Positions 21,730-34,700 of a stretch of DNA of 64,000 nt are shown one piece after another. The stretch is taken from NCBI RefSeq assembly GCF_030028105.1, contig NC_092383.1, positions 86,261,921-86,325,920 of the forward strand, written 5' to 3'. The DNA is from Mobula birostris. Its lineage: Eukaryota. A model generated the notes under the pieces. It ran no database searches and was not told where the DNA came from. It saw only the letters and a program-made list of their open reading frames with translations. Within the stretch, counting starts at the first letter, position 1, and each line of letters begins with the position of its first letter. A program made the position numbers and the translations under genes.

Positions 21730-24700
21730 TCGCGGGACCATCGCAGCACGAGGAGGAACGAGGGGCTCGGGAGAGCGCTGAGAGCTGGGAAGCAGCTGAG
21801 GAGCTGAGGTGAGTGTGCTTGAAAAGGAGCGTGGAGGGCAACTGAAGGATTAATCAGAGTGTTGATTAGTTGATTGGAGGAGTGAGTACTTGAGATAATT
21901 GGCAGGGACAAATATAAGGAGGGGCAACTAAAGAGGAGCGGCCAGTGTGTGAGTGGCTCCGGGTAGGAGTGGAGCTTTGAGGCTTTGGCGAGCAGAGGCT
22001 GAGGACAAGCTTGCTCCCAGTGAGGTAAGGCCGGGTAAGTTCCTTTAATTAATTTAATTAACTTAGGAGTAGGTAATGGAGGCAGCAGTTAGGGCAGTCG
22101 AGTGCTCCGTTTGCAGTATGTGGGAAGTCAGGGACAGCACAATTATCCCTGATGACTACACCTGTAAAAGGTTCATCCAGCTGCATCTCCTGACAAACCG
22201 AGTTAGGGAACTGGAGCTGGAGCTGGATGAACTTCGGATCATTCCTGAGGCTGAGGCAGAAATAGACAGGAATTTCAGGGAGACAGTCACCCCTAAAAGT
22301 CAGGAGGCAGGTAGTTGGGTGACTGTCAGTAGAGGAAGGGGAATAGACAGAAAGAGCAGAGCACCGCAGTGGCCGTTCCCATCAACAATAAGTATACCAA
22401 TTTGGATACTGTTGGTGGAGACGACCTACTGGGGACAAGTTGTAATGGTCACGTCTCCGGCACCGAATCTGGACCCTCAGCTCAGAAGGGAAGGAGGGAG
22501 TAGAGGAGAGTAGTAGTGATAGGGGATTCAATAGTTAGGGGGACAGATAAGAGGTTCTGTGGAAGAGATCGAGATCACGGATGGTCTGTTGCCTCCCTGG
22601 TACCAGGGTCTGCGATATCTCAGATCGAGTTCTCGGCCTTCTCAGGAGGGAGGGTGAGCAGCCAGATGTCGTGGTCCATGTAGGGACTAATGACGTGGAT
22701 AGGAAGGAGGATTAGGTCCTGCAAAGAGGGTTTAGAAAGTTAGGTGCAAAGTTGAAGGACAGGGCCTCCAGGGTTGCAATCTAGAGATTGCTACCCATGC
22801 CACGTGCTAGTGAGGCTAGAAATAGAAAGATAATGCAGCTAAATACGTGGCTGAGGAGATGGTGCAGGAGGCAGGGCTTCATGTTTCTGGACAATTGGGC
22901 TTTGTTCCAGGGAGGGTGGGATCTGTTCCAATGGGACGGTTTGCGCCTGAACAGGAGGGGGACTAACATCCTTGTGGGTAGGTTTGCTAGTTCTGCTGCA
23001 GGGGGTTTAAACTAGATTTGCAGGGAGAGGGGAACCAGAGTGTTAGAGCAGATAGTGAGGTGGAGGAGGATAAAGGACATGGGAGAACTGCATGTATAAA
23101 CAGAAATCAAAGGTTTGGCGGTGACAGAAATCTGCTCAGGTGCATCTATTTCAGTGCAAGGAGTATTGTAGGTAAGGCAGATGAGTTTAGGGCGTGGACT
23201 GGCACGTGGGATTACAACATTATTGCTGTTAATGTGACTTGGTTGCAGGAGGGGCAGGACAGGCAGCTCAGTGTTCCGGGGTTCCATTGTTCCAGATGTG
23301 ACAGAGGGGGAGGGATGAAAGGGGGAGTGGCATTACTAGTCAGGGAAAATATCACAGATGTGCATAGACAGGACAGCCCGGAGGGCTCGTCTACAGAGGC
23401 CATATGGGTGGAGCTGAGGAACAGGAAAGATGTGACCACACTAATAGGGTTGTATTATAGACCACCCAATAGTCAGAGAGAATTGGAGGAGCAAATCTGT
23501 AGAGATAGCAGACCGATGTAAGAAACAGGAAGTTGTAATAGTAGGGGATTTTAACTTTCCACGTATTGACTGGAACTCTCACACTGTGAAAGGGCTGGCT
23601 GGCTTGGAGTTTGTCAAATGTGTTCAGGAAAGTTTTCTAAATCAATATATAGAGGTACCAACGATGAAGGATACAATACTCGATGTCCTACTAGGGAACC
23701 AGACAGGTCAGGTGACAGAAGTATGTGTAAGCAAACATTTTGTGTCCAGTGACCATAATAACCATATAACCATATAACAATTACAGCACGGAAACAGGCC
23801 ATCTCGGCCCTTCTAGTCCATGCCAAGCGCTTACACTCACCTAGTCCCACCGACCTGCCCATAACCCTCCATTCCTTTCCTATCCATATAGCTATCCAAT
23901 TTTACTTTAAATGACAATATCGAGCCTGCCTCTACCACTTCTACTGGAAGCTCCTTCCACACATCTACCACTTTCTGAGTAAAGAAGTTCCCCCTTGTGT
24001 TACCCCTAAACTTTTGCCCCCTATCTCTCAACTCATGTCTTCTTGTTTGAATCTCCCCCACTCTCAATGGAAAAAGTATATCCACGTCAACCCTATCTAT
24101 CCCCCTCATAATTTTAAGTACCTCTATCAAGTCCCCCCTCAACCTTCTACACTCCAAAGAATGAAGACCCAACTTGTTCAACCTTTCTTTGTAACTCTGG
24201 AGATGAAACCCAGGTAACATTCTAGTAAATCTTCTCTGTACTCTCTCTATTTTGTTGACATCTTTCCTATAATTCGGTGAACAAAACTGTACATAATACT
24301 CCAAATTTGGCTTTACCAATGCCTTGTACAATTTTAACATTACATCTTAACTCCGATACTCAATGCCCTGATTTATAATATCATTATAAATCAGAATGTT
24401 ATTATAAATTATAATGTCATTAGTTTCAAGTTAATTATGGATGAGGATAGGTCTGGTCCTCGAGCTGAGGTTCTAAATTGGAGAAAGGACGATTTTGTGG
24501 AAATGAGAAAGGATCTAGGAAGAGTGGGTTGGGATAAGTTGTTTTCTGGCAAGGGTGTGTTCAGTAAGTGGAAGGCCTTCAAAGGCGAAATTTTGAGAGT
24601 GCAGAGTTGGCATGTTCCTGCCATGATTAAAGCCAAAGCTAACAAGCATAGGGAACCTTGGTTTTCAAGGGATATTGACGATCTGATCAAGAAAAATAAA

Positions 24701-25745
24701 GAAGTGTATAGCAGGTATAGGCAACAAGGAACAAATGAGTTACTTGAAGAGTATAGAAAATGTAAGAAAATACGAAAGAAGGAAATCAGGAAGGCAAAAA
24801 GAAGACATGAGGTTGCTTTGGCAGATAATGTGAAGGTAAACCCGAAGGGTTTCTACAAGTATATTAAGAGTAAAAGGATAGTAAGGGACAAAATTGGTCC
24901 CCTAGAAGATCAAAGACCAATGAGAAAAATGGGCCAGAAAATGTTAGATAGAATTTAATGCAGCCAAGTGTGAAGTGTTCCATTTTGGAAGGACAAATCA
25001 AAGTAGGACATACACAGTAAATGGTAGGGCACTGAGGAGTGTAGAGGAACAAAGGGGTCTAGGAGTTCAGATGCATAATTCCCTGAAAGTGGTATCACAG
25101 GTAGACAGGGTTGTAAAGAAGGCTTTTGGCATCCTGGCATTCATAAATTAAAGTATTGAGTATAGGAGTTGGAATGTTATGGTGAGGTTGCATAAGACAT
25201 AGGTGAGGCCAAATTTGGATATTGTGTACAGTTCTGGTCACCTAACTATAGGAAGGATATCAGTAAGATTGAAAGAGTGCAGAAAAGATTTACGAGAATG
25301 TTGCTGGGTCTTCAGGAGTCGAGTTACAGGGAAAGATTGAACAGGTTAGGACTTTATTCTTTGGAGCATAGAAGAATGAGGGGAAATTTGATACAGGTTT
25401 ACAAAATTATGAGGGGTGTAGACAGAGTAGATGTGAGTAGGCTCTTTCCACTTAGATTAGGAGAGATAAATATGAGAGGACATGGCTTTAGAGTGAAAGG
25501 GGAAAGGTTTAGGGGGAACTTCTTCTCTCAGAGAGTGGTGGGAGTGTGGAATGAGCTGCCATCTGACATGGTAAATGCAGGCTCACTCTTAAGTTTTAAG
25601 AATAAATTGGATAGATACATGGATGGGAGAGGTCTGGAGGGATATGGACTGGGTGCAGGTCAATGGGACTGGCGGAATAAAGTTTTGGCACATACTAGAA
25701 GGGCCGAATGGCCTGTTTTCTGTGCTGTAGTGTTCTATGGTTCTA
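21730..25745 (+). mobile_element. CR1 LINE with 5' UTR, ORF1 (zinc finger and SGNH esterase) and internally deleted ORF2
   Basis: ORF1 begins MEAAVRAVECSVCSMWEV..YTCKR, with esterase motifs GDSIVRG and VHVGTND. ORF2 EN starts at ~23018, most of the RT is deleted near 24930, and the 3' tail is TTCTATGGTTCTA. Confidence 0.92.
23757..24370 (-). mobile_element. 5'-truncated CR1 nested antisense inside the previous CR1
   Basis: Open 167-aa ORF 23837-24340 (KPNLEYYVQFCSP...), an (ACCATATA)n tail at ~23760, and a target duplication resembling CATAAT/TATAAT. Confidence 0.9.
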
Positions 25746-26234
25746 ACAGCATTTAATAGAGTAAAATGTTCTTCAGCAGTTCACAGCCATGATAGGGTTA
25801 AAAATTGTTGCCTGTGCCACAAAAAGAAAACAATGTGAAAAGGTGCCATATAATTGAGATCTGCGGAGGTGGCATGTTGGAAATGGAATGCTCAAAAAAG
25901 TTAATGTCCTGAAGTATGGTAACATTATTTCTTCACCTTCATGAAGTTGATAATGAATGATGAGAGGTTAATTCTCCATAAATGTTAAATTTGCAGAAAT
26001 TCTGAAGAAGTATGAATACTTGATCCTGTTGCGAGATTTCAACACAATCTGTGTGATCCCAAAGCCTTCACTTTACCTTATAGACCACTCTGGGAGGATC
26101 TGATTCATCAGGTTTCTGTAAAAGGCAACGGTCAAATCATCAGACTCATTGACACTGGGAACTCTGCTTTAGAGTTGTATCTGGAGCTTGGACTCCAATA
26201 TATTCACATCAAACATTCTGCACACATACAGTTG

Positions 26235-26255
26235 TCAACATCTTGTCAATATCAT
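26235..26255 (-). CDS. Unit B candidate last coding exon (MILTRC*)
   Basis: CTATCTGCAG acceptor after a 114-nt intron from the TM exon, phase 0, with a stop after 6 codons. The polypyrimidine tract is weak. Confidence 0.45.
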   Translation of the reverse strand: MILTRC

Positions 26256-26369
26256 CTGCAGATAGCTTTGGATTGACCATTGGATAAGAAATAGTCAATG
26301 TGTTTAAATATCTTCCCTCAAATGATCAGTATATTTGAAAGCAAATTCCATTGATGTCCAGAAACCTAC

Positions 26370-26460
26370 CTTAGTTTCCCTTGTGAACCATGAGACTGAA
26401 ATAGTGCAGATCAGCAGCAGTGTGAAGAGCAGCCAACGACCAACCTTCCATATCATGAAA
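26370..26460 (-). CDS. Unit B transmembrane exon (FMIWKVGRWLLFTLLLICTISVSWFTRETK)
   Basis: Acceptor CTCTTCCCCTTTGCTCAG (phase 2, matching the stalk exon) and donor GTAGGT. A hydrophobic core is preceded by Lys and Arg. It is the only TM-like exon found in the window. Confidence 0.8.
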
Positions 26461-26874
26461 CTGAGCAAAGGGGAAGAGATACAGAACTGATGAGACAAAA
26501 CGAGATGGCTCTGTGTTTGAAACATTTACCTCCTGTTTCCTCTGTAACCTTAGTGGAGTGGAGCTCGGTAGATAAGCACAGGCAGACGAGTTTAATTAGA
26601 AGAGTAAACTAGTGTTGACAGAACGATGAGTAGGAGAAAGGAGAAAAACCTGATCATCATCTGGAACAAAACCACATTTTCTCGAGGCAGTGGCAACATC
26701 TTGGATTGCAGTCATTCATTGATACTATTATGATTGTTGGAATTCCTGAGTATGCCCGCTAGAAAATGAATCTCAGGGTTGTATAATAAATTTATTTTGA
26801 GCTTTGAAATCTTTTCTGCATTACATCTAGTTCAATAACATTTTTTTTTAGCAGAATACCAACTTCTCCTCTCA

Positions 26875-27071
26875 TGTGTCATCACTGATTATTATTCTTC
26901 CATATTGTTCACTTTGCCCATTTGTATTCACTAACAATGTGCTCTGGCAGTCCTACATGAGGCACAAATACTTTGTGTGTGAACGGTATATTGGTGCATA
27001 GTGACAATCGATTGTGACCACTCTTCCCCACAACTCCTCTTATTTATCTTCTGCCCATAAACCACACAAAA
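26875..27071 (-). pseudogene. Truncated pseudo-exon of the V' type inside a late intron of unit B
   Basis: Homologous to 40898-41218 (VTIDCHYAPIYRSHTKYLC...NTNGQSEQYGRIIISD). It has -1/+1 frameshifts, a TAA, an in-frame TAG at 26953-26955, and is truncated after the ISDDT segment. Confidence 0.9.
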
Positions 27072-28159
27072 CTGAGGGAGAAATTCTTCAGAAAATTTAC
27101 AGGTAAAATTAAATTTACACAAGTAGATTCAAGATTGTTTAATGTCATTTCTTGTATACAAATGTAAAGGAGAACAAAATCATTGTTCCTCTCGATCTGA
27201 AGCAGCACAAAAACAAAAAAAAAATAAAGAAAGCAATAATAATAATAAAAGATGTTTTACTTAAAGCCTCTTTTGCACATTGGACATTTGTCGGACTTTG
27301 TTGTGTGTGGTTTGTCATGGATTCTATTGTGTTTCTTTGATTTGTGCATGTGTGAAAGAAGATGAATCTCTAGGTCGTTTATGGTGTATATACTTTGATA
27401 ATAAGTTTACATTGAATTTTGAACTTGGAAAGTGGCTAATGGGATGACTGATGGAATTGAACTCAGGCAGTGTGAAATGATGAATTTTGGGAAATTGAAC
27501 AAGGGCAAACCTTACGCAGTAGAGAACTAGGTGTGCAACTACACAGATACCTGAAAATGGTAAGACAGATACCTGAAAGTGGCAACACAGGCAGACAAAG
27601 TGCTGAACAAGGAATATGACCAGCTTGCCTTCATATGATGGGGCATTAATACAGTTGCGATGGCATGTTAGAGCTATAAAGGACATTGTCACCATCTCAT
27701 CTTGAATACTCTGTGTAGTTCCATAGGAAGAGTGTGATTAAATTAGAGAAGGTACAGAAAGCATTCACAAAGATGCTGCTAGGACTGGAGGGTTTGGGTT
27801 ATGGACAGGCTCGGACAGTTTGAAACTTGGATGTGCAAGTTCAACTATGTTTGAAATGCTCCACATTTGAATGGAGTAAGTGACAGATTATAACATTGCA
27901 TTAAGGTAGTACAAGGGGAAACAGTAAGAGAATGCAGAATAAAGTGTTACAGTTACAGAGAAAGTGCCATGCAGTAGACAATAAGCTGCAAGCCCAGTTA
28001 GATTATAAGATCAAACACCCATTTTATCATACTACGAGAGCATCCAATAGTTTTGTAACAGTGAGAAAGAAACTGTCCTTGAAGCTTGTGGTACATGCTT
28101 TCAGACTCTTGTAATTTCTGCCCAATATCAGGGGAGAGGAAGAGAGTACGTCAGTGGCT

Positions 28160-30840
28160 AAAAGATGGCTGCTATTGAGAGCTGAATGTCCAAGGATCTA
28201 CTGTGTATTGGAAAGATAGGTTGATAGGCAGAAGGGGTGGTGTGGCCCTGTGTATAAGAAATAATATTAAATCATTAGAAAGGGATGACAGAGGATTGGA
28301 AGGTGTAGGGTCTCTATGAGTTGAGTTAAGAAATGTCAATGGTAAAAGGACCCTAATGGCAGTTGTGTACAGACCTTCAAACTGCAGCTGGGATGCGGAT
28401 TACAAACTTCAGCAGGAGATAAAAAAGGCATGTCATAAGGGCAATATCATGATAACCTTCAGGGATTTTTACATGAAAACGTCTGGGGAAAGCCAGGTCA
28501 GTACTTGACCTCAAGAGAGAGGATTTGTAGAATGTCTAAGGCATAGTTTTTTAAAACAGCTTGTTATTGAGCCCACTTGGGGATAGGTTGTGCTGGATTG
28601 GGTGTTGTGCAATGATCCGGAGGTGATAAAGAGAGCTAAAGGTTAAGGAACCCTTAGGGAACAGTGATCACAATATGATCATTCACTTTGAAATTTGAGA
28701 AGAAGAAACTAAATTCAAATGTGTTGGTATTTCAGTGGAATAAAGGAAATTACAATGGCATGAGAGGGGAACTGGCCAAAGTTGACTGGAAAGGGACACT
28801 AGCAGGAAGGACAGCAGAGCAGCAATGATTGGAGTTTCTGCGAAAAATGAGGGAAGTGCAAGGCAGATATATTCCAAATAAGAAGAAATTTTCAAATGGA
28901 AGGATGATACTACCATGGCTGACAAGTGAAGTCAGAGCCAAAGTAAAAGCAAAAGAGAGGGCATACAAGGAAGCCAGAGCTAGTGGGAAGATAGAGAATT
29001 GGGAAGATTTGAAAGACTTACAGAAGGAAACTAAGAAGGTCATTAGGAAGGAAAAGATGAATTATGAGAATAAGCTGGTAACTAATATCAAAAAAGATAC
29101 TAAAGGCTTTTTTAAGTATATAAAGGGTAAAAGGGAGTCGAGGGTAGATATAGGGCCAATAGAAAATGCCGTTGGAGATATTGTAATGATAGACACAGAG
29201 ATGGCATATTTTGCAACAGTTTTCACAGTGGAAGACCTCTGCAGTATACCTGATATTCAAGAGTGTCAGGGAAGTGAAGTATGTGCAGTGAAAATTATGA
29301 CTGAGAAGGTGCTCAAGAAGCTTAATGGTTTGAATGTGGATAAATCTCCTGGACCTAATGGAATGTACCCTTGGGTTCTGAAGGAAGTAGCTGGAGAGAT
29401 TGTGGAGGCATTAGCAGTAATCTTTCAAGAATAAATATTTCTGGCATTGTACCAGATGACTGGAAAATTGCAAATGTTATTCCGCTATTTAGGAAGGGTG
29501 GGAGGCAGCAGAAAGGAAACTGTAGGCCTGTTATCCTGACATCAGTGGTTGAGAAGTTTTTGGAATTGATTGTTAGGGATGAAATTACAGAGTACCTGGA
29601 GGCATATTGCAAGATAGGCCAAAGCTAGCAGAGTTTCCTGAAAGGAAAATCCTGCCTGACTAACCTACTGCAATTTTTTGAAGAAATTACTAGCAGGGTA
29701 GGCAAAAGAGATGCAGTGGATGTGGTGCACTTGGATCTTCCGAAGGCCTTTGACAAGGTTCCACACATGTGGCTATTTAGCAAGTTAAGAGCCCAAGGAA
29801 TTACAGGGAAGTTACTAGCATGGGTGGAGTATTGGCTGATCGGTAGAAACAGAGAGTGGTAATAAAGGGATCCTATTCTGGCTGGCTGCCAGTTACCAGT
29901 GGAGTTGCACAGGGTTTGGTGTTGGGACTGCTGCTTTTTACAATGTACAACAATGATTTGGTCTATGGGATTAATGGATTTGTAGCTAAATTTGCTGATG
30001 ATACAAAAATAGGTGGAGGAGCGGGTAGTGTTGAGGAAACAGAGAGCCTGCAAAGAGCCTTAGATAGTTTAGGGGAATGGGCAAAGAAGTGGCAAATGAA
30101 ATACAATGTTGGAAAGTGTATGGTCATGCACTTTTGTGGAAGAAATAAATGGGCAGACTATTATTTAGATGGGGAGATAATTCAAATTGCAGAGATGCAA
30201 AGGGACTTGGGAGTCCTTCTGCAGGATACTCTAAAGGTTAACCTCCAGGTTGAGTCAGTGGTGATAAAGGCGAATGCAATATTGGCATTCATTTCTAGAG
30301 GTATAGAATACAAGAGCAGGGATGTGATGTTGAGGGATTATAAGAGAATGATTCCAGGAATGAAAAAGTTACTATATGGGAAACGTTTGGCAGCTCTTGG
30401 GCTGAATTCCCTGGAGTTCAGGAAAATAAGGGGGGATCTCATAGAAACATTCTGTATGTTAAAAGGCCTGAATGGATTCGAAATGGCAAAGTTATTTCCC
30501 ATGGGAGGGGAGTCTAGGACAAGAGGGCATGACTTCAGGATTGAAGGATGTCCATTTAGAACAGAAATGCAGAGAAGTTACTTTAGTCAGAGAGTCGTAA
30601 ATCTGTGGAATTTTTTGCCATGAGCAGCTGTGGAGACCAAGTCATTTTGTGTATTTAAGGCAGAGATAGATAGGTTCTTGTTTAGCTAGGGTAATCAAGA
30701 GCTATGGGTAATGAAGGGTATGGGGAGAAGGCAGGCGAGCGGGGATGACTGGACGAATTGGATCAGCCCATGATTGAATGGCGGAGCAGACTCGGTGGGC
30801 CAAATGGCCTACTTGTGCTCCTTTATCCTATGGTCTTATC
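28160..30840 (+). mobile_element. Degenerate CR1 LINE ORF2 (EN-RT) with 3' end
   Basis: ORFs 28829, 29371 and 29856 carry DKSPGP, NCRPVILTS, GVAQG and FADDTK. The tail CCTATGGTCTTAT lies at ~30830. Confidence 0.92.
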
Positions 30841-31133
30841 GGTAATTGGGTCTTCAATTAGATTGGCTGCTTTACCATGTCAGTGAAGTGTATTAAAATC
30901 AATTAAAAATATAAATTATTACAAATATCCATAAAGTATAATTATGTATGTATGAATGTGTATAACAATCAGGATGTGGGGAGAAGCTGAGGTAATATCT
31001 ACAGATCCCTCTGCACTCACAATTGAAGGATCTAATAAAGGAAACACTGCCTCTGCTTAAAACCAGCTCTCCTACAAAAGTCAACTCCCTCCTAATTCCA
31101 TACTGGTTTGGACATTGATTGTTGAGTTCTCAC

Positions 31134-31199
31134 TGGTGTCACGTCAAAATCTTTTCCCCTCTGGACTGTGGAACATCTTCAACAGACCCAGTAGAAAGC
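31134..31199 (-). CDS. Unit B candidate second stalk exon (66 nt, phase 2-2) containing an in-frame TGA
   Basis: Acceptor ATACATTCACTGCAG and donor GTGAGA. It reads (R)LSTGSVEDVPQSRGEKILT*H with TGA at 31139-31141. Confidence 0.5.
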
Positions 31200-31539
31200 C
31201 TGCAGTGAATGTATCAGGGCAAACAGTTTGACATCACATGAGCTCCTCCAAGCACACATTGTAGATGGAGATGTCTCCTGCTGTTACATAACCAGCACAT
31301 AGAGAAATAACTTGAAATGTGATGTCCTCAGCCAGTAATTGAGCAGGAACTTTGCCTTGCTGTGACTTTCGCTGCTGTGGAACCAGTGGTAAAGAAGCTT
31401 TGCAAGTTCTTGGCCAGTACAGCTCAACTTATGTCATGGGATAGAGTTAGCCGTGGAACTGTCAGAGTAAATGCTACAGGGAGCACCCTCTGAGTCATGA
31501 CAAATGGAGGAACATGTTCTAATTTCCTCATCACAGACA

Positions 31540-32410
31540 TAGCACAGCAGTGTGATGTAAACATGACGCTATTTCCATTCTGATGAGCTGCAGATCAGGA
31601 AGGTTCAGGGATGCCACTTTCCTGTAAGAATGAAGTGCAAGTCTGGCAGGATTAGGAAATCCTGGCTGACAAGGGATATTGAGATTCTGGTCAGGAAAAA
31701 CAAGGCATCGGCAGTGAATCCCTTGAGGAATGTAAGAGATATAGGTATACAATTAAAAGAGATCAGGAAAGCAAATAGAGTATGTGAGATAACATAAGCA
31801 GATAAGGTAAAAGAATTCTGAGAGTCTTACACGTCTATTAAAAGGAGAAGAGCAACAAGGAAGAGATTAAGTTCCCATAACGATTAATGTGATCATCCAT
31901 ATGTGGAGCTACAGGAGACTGGTGAGGTCTTAAATTAATATTTCTTGTCTGTATTTACTGTGGAGCAGGTCATGGAAGATAGGAATTAAGGGAAATGAAT
32001 AGTGTTCTATTGGAACATATCATTACAAAAGAAGAGTTGCTGGCAGTCTTGAAGAATATAATTTTCAGATAATCTCATAGGGCCTGAGCAAGTGTAGCCC
32101 AGGATATTATGAGGAGCTAGGGAGAAATTACTAAGGCCTTGGCAGAGATATCTGCATCACCCAGCCATAAGTGAGGGAACAGAAGTGTGGAGGATTAATG
32201 GCAAATATTGTGGCTTTATGTAAAGAAGGGGTACAAAGGCACGCCAGGAAGCTGCATGTCAGTGAGACCAACATCACTGGTCGGAACCTTACAAGAGAGG
32301 ATTCTGAGAAATAGAGTCGACTAGCAATTGGATAAGCAAGGACTGATGAGGAATAGTCTGCATGGGAAATCAGATCTCACCAATATGAATGAGCATTTGA
32401 AGAGGTGACA
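31540..32410 (+). mobile_element. Highly degenerate CR1 ORF2 fragment
   Basis: Recognisable CR1 segments include GAGGTCTTAAATTAATATTTCTTGTCTGTATTTACT and CCAACATCACTGGTCGG. Confidence 0.65.
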
Positions 32411-32689
32411 GTGTCACGATGTACGCTGGCAATGTTGGAACCCAATTGCACAGGAAATCCAGACTCCAATGTGGAGACGGAGACCAAAGTTTATTCATAG
32501 GAATTCCAACAGAATGTCAATGGCTGAGCGGCAACTGCAAGACTGAACGCTCTCAAATTGGACCCCGCGATTAGCGCTAATCAGGCATCCGCTTAAGTAA
32601 TACAAGTAATATGGAATTCCTGAGCCTATCAAAATGATGGAACGCACACCATGATGGACTGTTTATTGTCACCAGATATTTTAACCACG

Positions 32690-34700
32690 TGAACCTTAAG
32701 TCAGTGCTCCCCAGATTCCATCAGAACATGGACTTTGCAACGAGAGGGGAGAATGTGTTGGACCTTGTTTACACAAACATTCCCGACCCCACCTCAGCTA
32801 CTCAGACCACGTCTCTGTTATGCTAATCCCAGCGTACAGACAGCACATCAGGCGCGCCAGACCTGTTCAGAAGCAGGTGAAAACCTGGCCAGCAGGAGCC
32901 ATCTCTGCTCTTCAAGAATGCTTTGAGCACACTGACTGGCACATGTTCAGGGAGGCTGCAACTGACGGCGACTCTACCAGCTTAGAGGAGTACACGGCAT
33001 CAGTGACTCAGCAAGTGCGTCAATGACGTCACTGTGGCCAAGACCATCACTACACGCGCTAACCAGAAGCCATGGATGACCACAGAGGTGCGTGCGCTGC
33101 TGAGGACCCGTGACTCCACCTTCAGAGCAGGCGACAGGGCAGCCCTAACAACAGCAAGGGCCAAACTGTCCCGGGCCATCAAAAAGGCAAAGCGTGCACA
33201 CGCCCAGCGAATCCACAGCCACTTCCAGGATAGGGGCGGCACATGGCACCTGTGGAAAGGCATTCAGAACATCACCAACTACAAGACAACACCACCTGCC
33301 TGTGCTGGTGATGCCTCCCTCCCAGATGCGTTGAATAACTTCTATGCTCGTTTTGAGGTGAAAAATGACATGGCAGTGAGGAAGACCACTCCTCCTCCGA
33401 ACAACCAGGTGCTGTGTCTTACCTTGGCTGATGTGAGGAGAACCCTGTGCAGGGTCAACCCATGGAAGGCTGCTGGACCAGACAATATTCCTGGCAAAGT
33501 GCTTAGAGTATGTGAAGACCAGCTAGCTGAGATTCTCACTGACATCTTCAACATCTCCGAGCAGCACCGTCGTTCCTACGTGCTTCAAGGCCGCCACCAT
33601 CGTCCCCGTGCCGAAGAAGTCTTCAGTGTCCTGCCTCAACAACTACCATCCCGTCACACTCACAACCATCATCATGAAGTGTTTCGAGAGGCTCGTCATG
33701 GAGCACATCAAGACCCTGCTGCCCCCCTCACTGGACCCCCTGCAGTTCACGTACCGTCCCAACCGTTCAACAGACGATCCCATTGCCATCACCCTCCACC
33801 TGGACAAAAAAGACACTTACGTTCGAATGCTGTTCATAGACTTCAGTTCAGCATTCAACACAATCATTCCTCAGAAACTGATTGGAAAGCTGAGCCTACT
33901 GGGCCTGAACACCTCCCTCTGCAACTGGATCCTAGACTTCCTGACTGGGAGATCTCAGTCCGGATTGGAAGCAGCACCTCCAACACCATCACACTGAGCA
34001 CGGGGGCCCCCCAGGGCTGTGTGCTCAGTCCACTGCTGTTCACTCTGCTGACCCACAACTGTGCTGCAACACACAACTCGAACCAAATCACCAAATTTGC
34101 CAATGACACGGCCGTGGTGGGTCTCATCAGCGAGAATTATGAGTCAGCTTACAGAGAGGAGGTGCAGCGGCTAACAGACTGGTGCAGAGCCAACAACCTG
34201 TCCCTGAATGTGAACGAAACAAAAGAGTTGTTGTTGACTTCAGGCTTCAGGAGGACACGGAGCGACCACTCTCTGCTGAACATGAATGACTCCTCCGTAG
34301 AGATCGGTAACAGCACCAAATTTCTTAGTGTTCACATGGCGGTGAATCTCACCTGGTCCCTCAACACCAGCTCCAGAGCAAAGAAAGCCCAGCAGCGTCT
34401 CTACTTTCTGCGAAGGATGAGAAAAGTCCATCTCTCACCTCCCGTCCTCACCACAGTCTACAGAGGTTGTATTGAGAACATCCTGAACAGCTGCATCACT
34501 GCCTGGTTCGGAAATTGCACCATCTTGGATCGCAAGACCCTTCAGCGGATAGTGAGGTCAGCTGGGTAGATCATCGGGATCTCTCTTCCCACCATTACCG
34601 ACATTTACACCTCACGCTGCATCCGTAAAGCAAACAGCATTATGAAGGACTCCATGCACCCTTCATACAAACTCTTCTCCCTCCTGCCATCGAGCTGCCA
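32690..34700 (+). mobile_element. Rex1/Babar-type LINE ORF2 fragment with frameshifts
   Basis: ORFs 33034 and 33608 carry [41 protein letters not shown] and QRLYFLRR. Confidence 0.9.

Noticed and set aside
26530-26541. Possible 12-nt phase 2-2 microexon (GNRS) just before the TM exon
   Set aside because: The GTAAAT donor is plausible, but the acceptor is weak and the downstream intron would be only 69 nt. It cannot be supported without transcripts.
33034-34569. 511-aa ORF as a host gene
   Set aside because: It is a LINE ORF2 fragment that drifts out of frame in the middle; the true RT frame is in ORF 33608.
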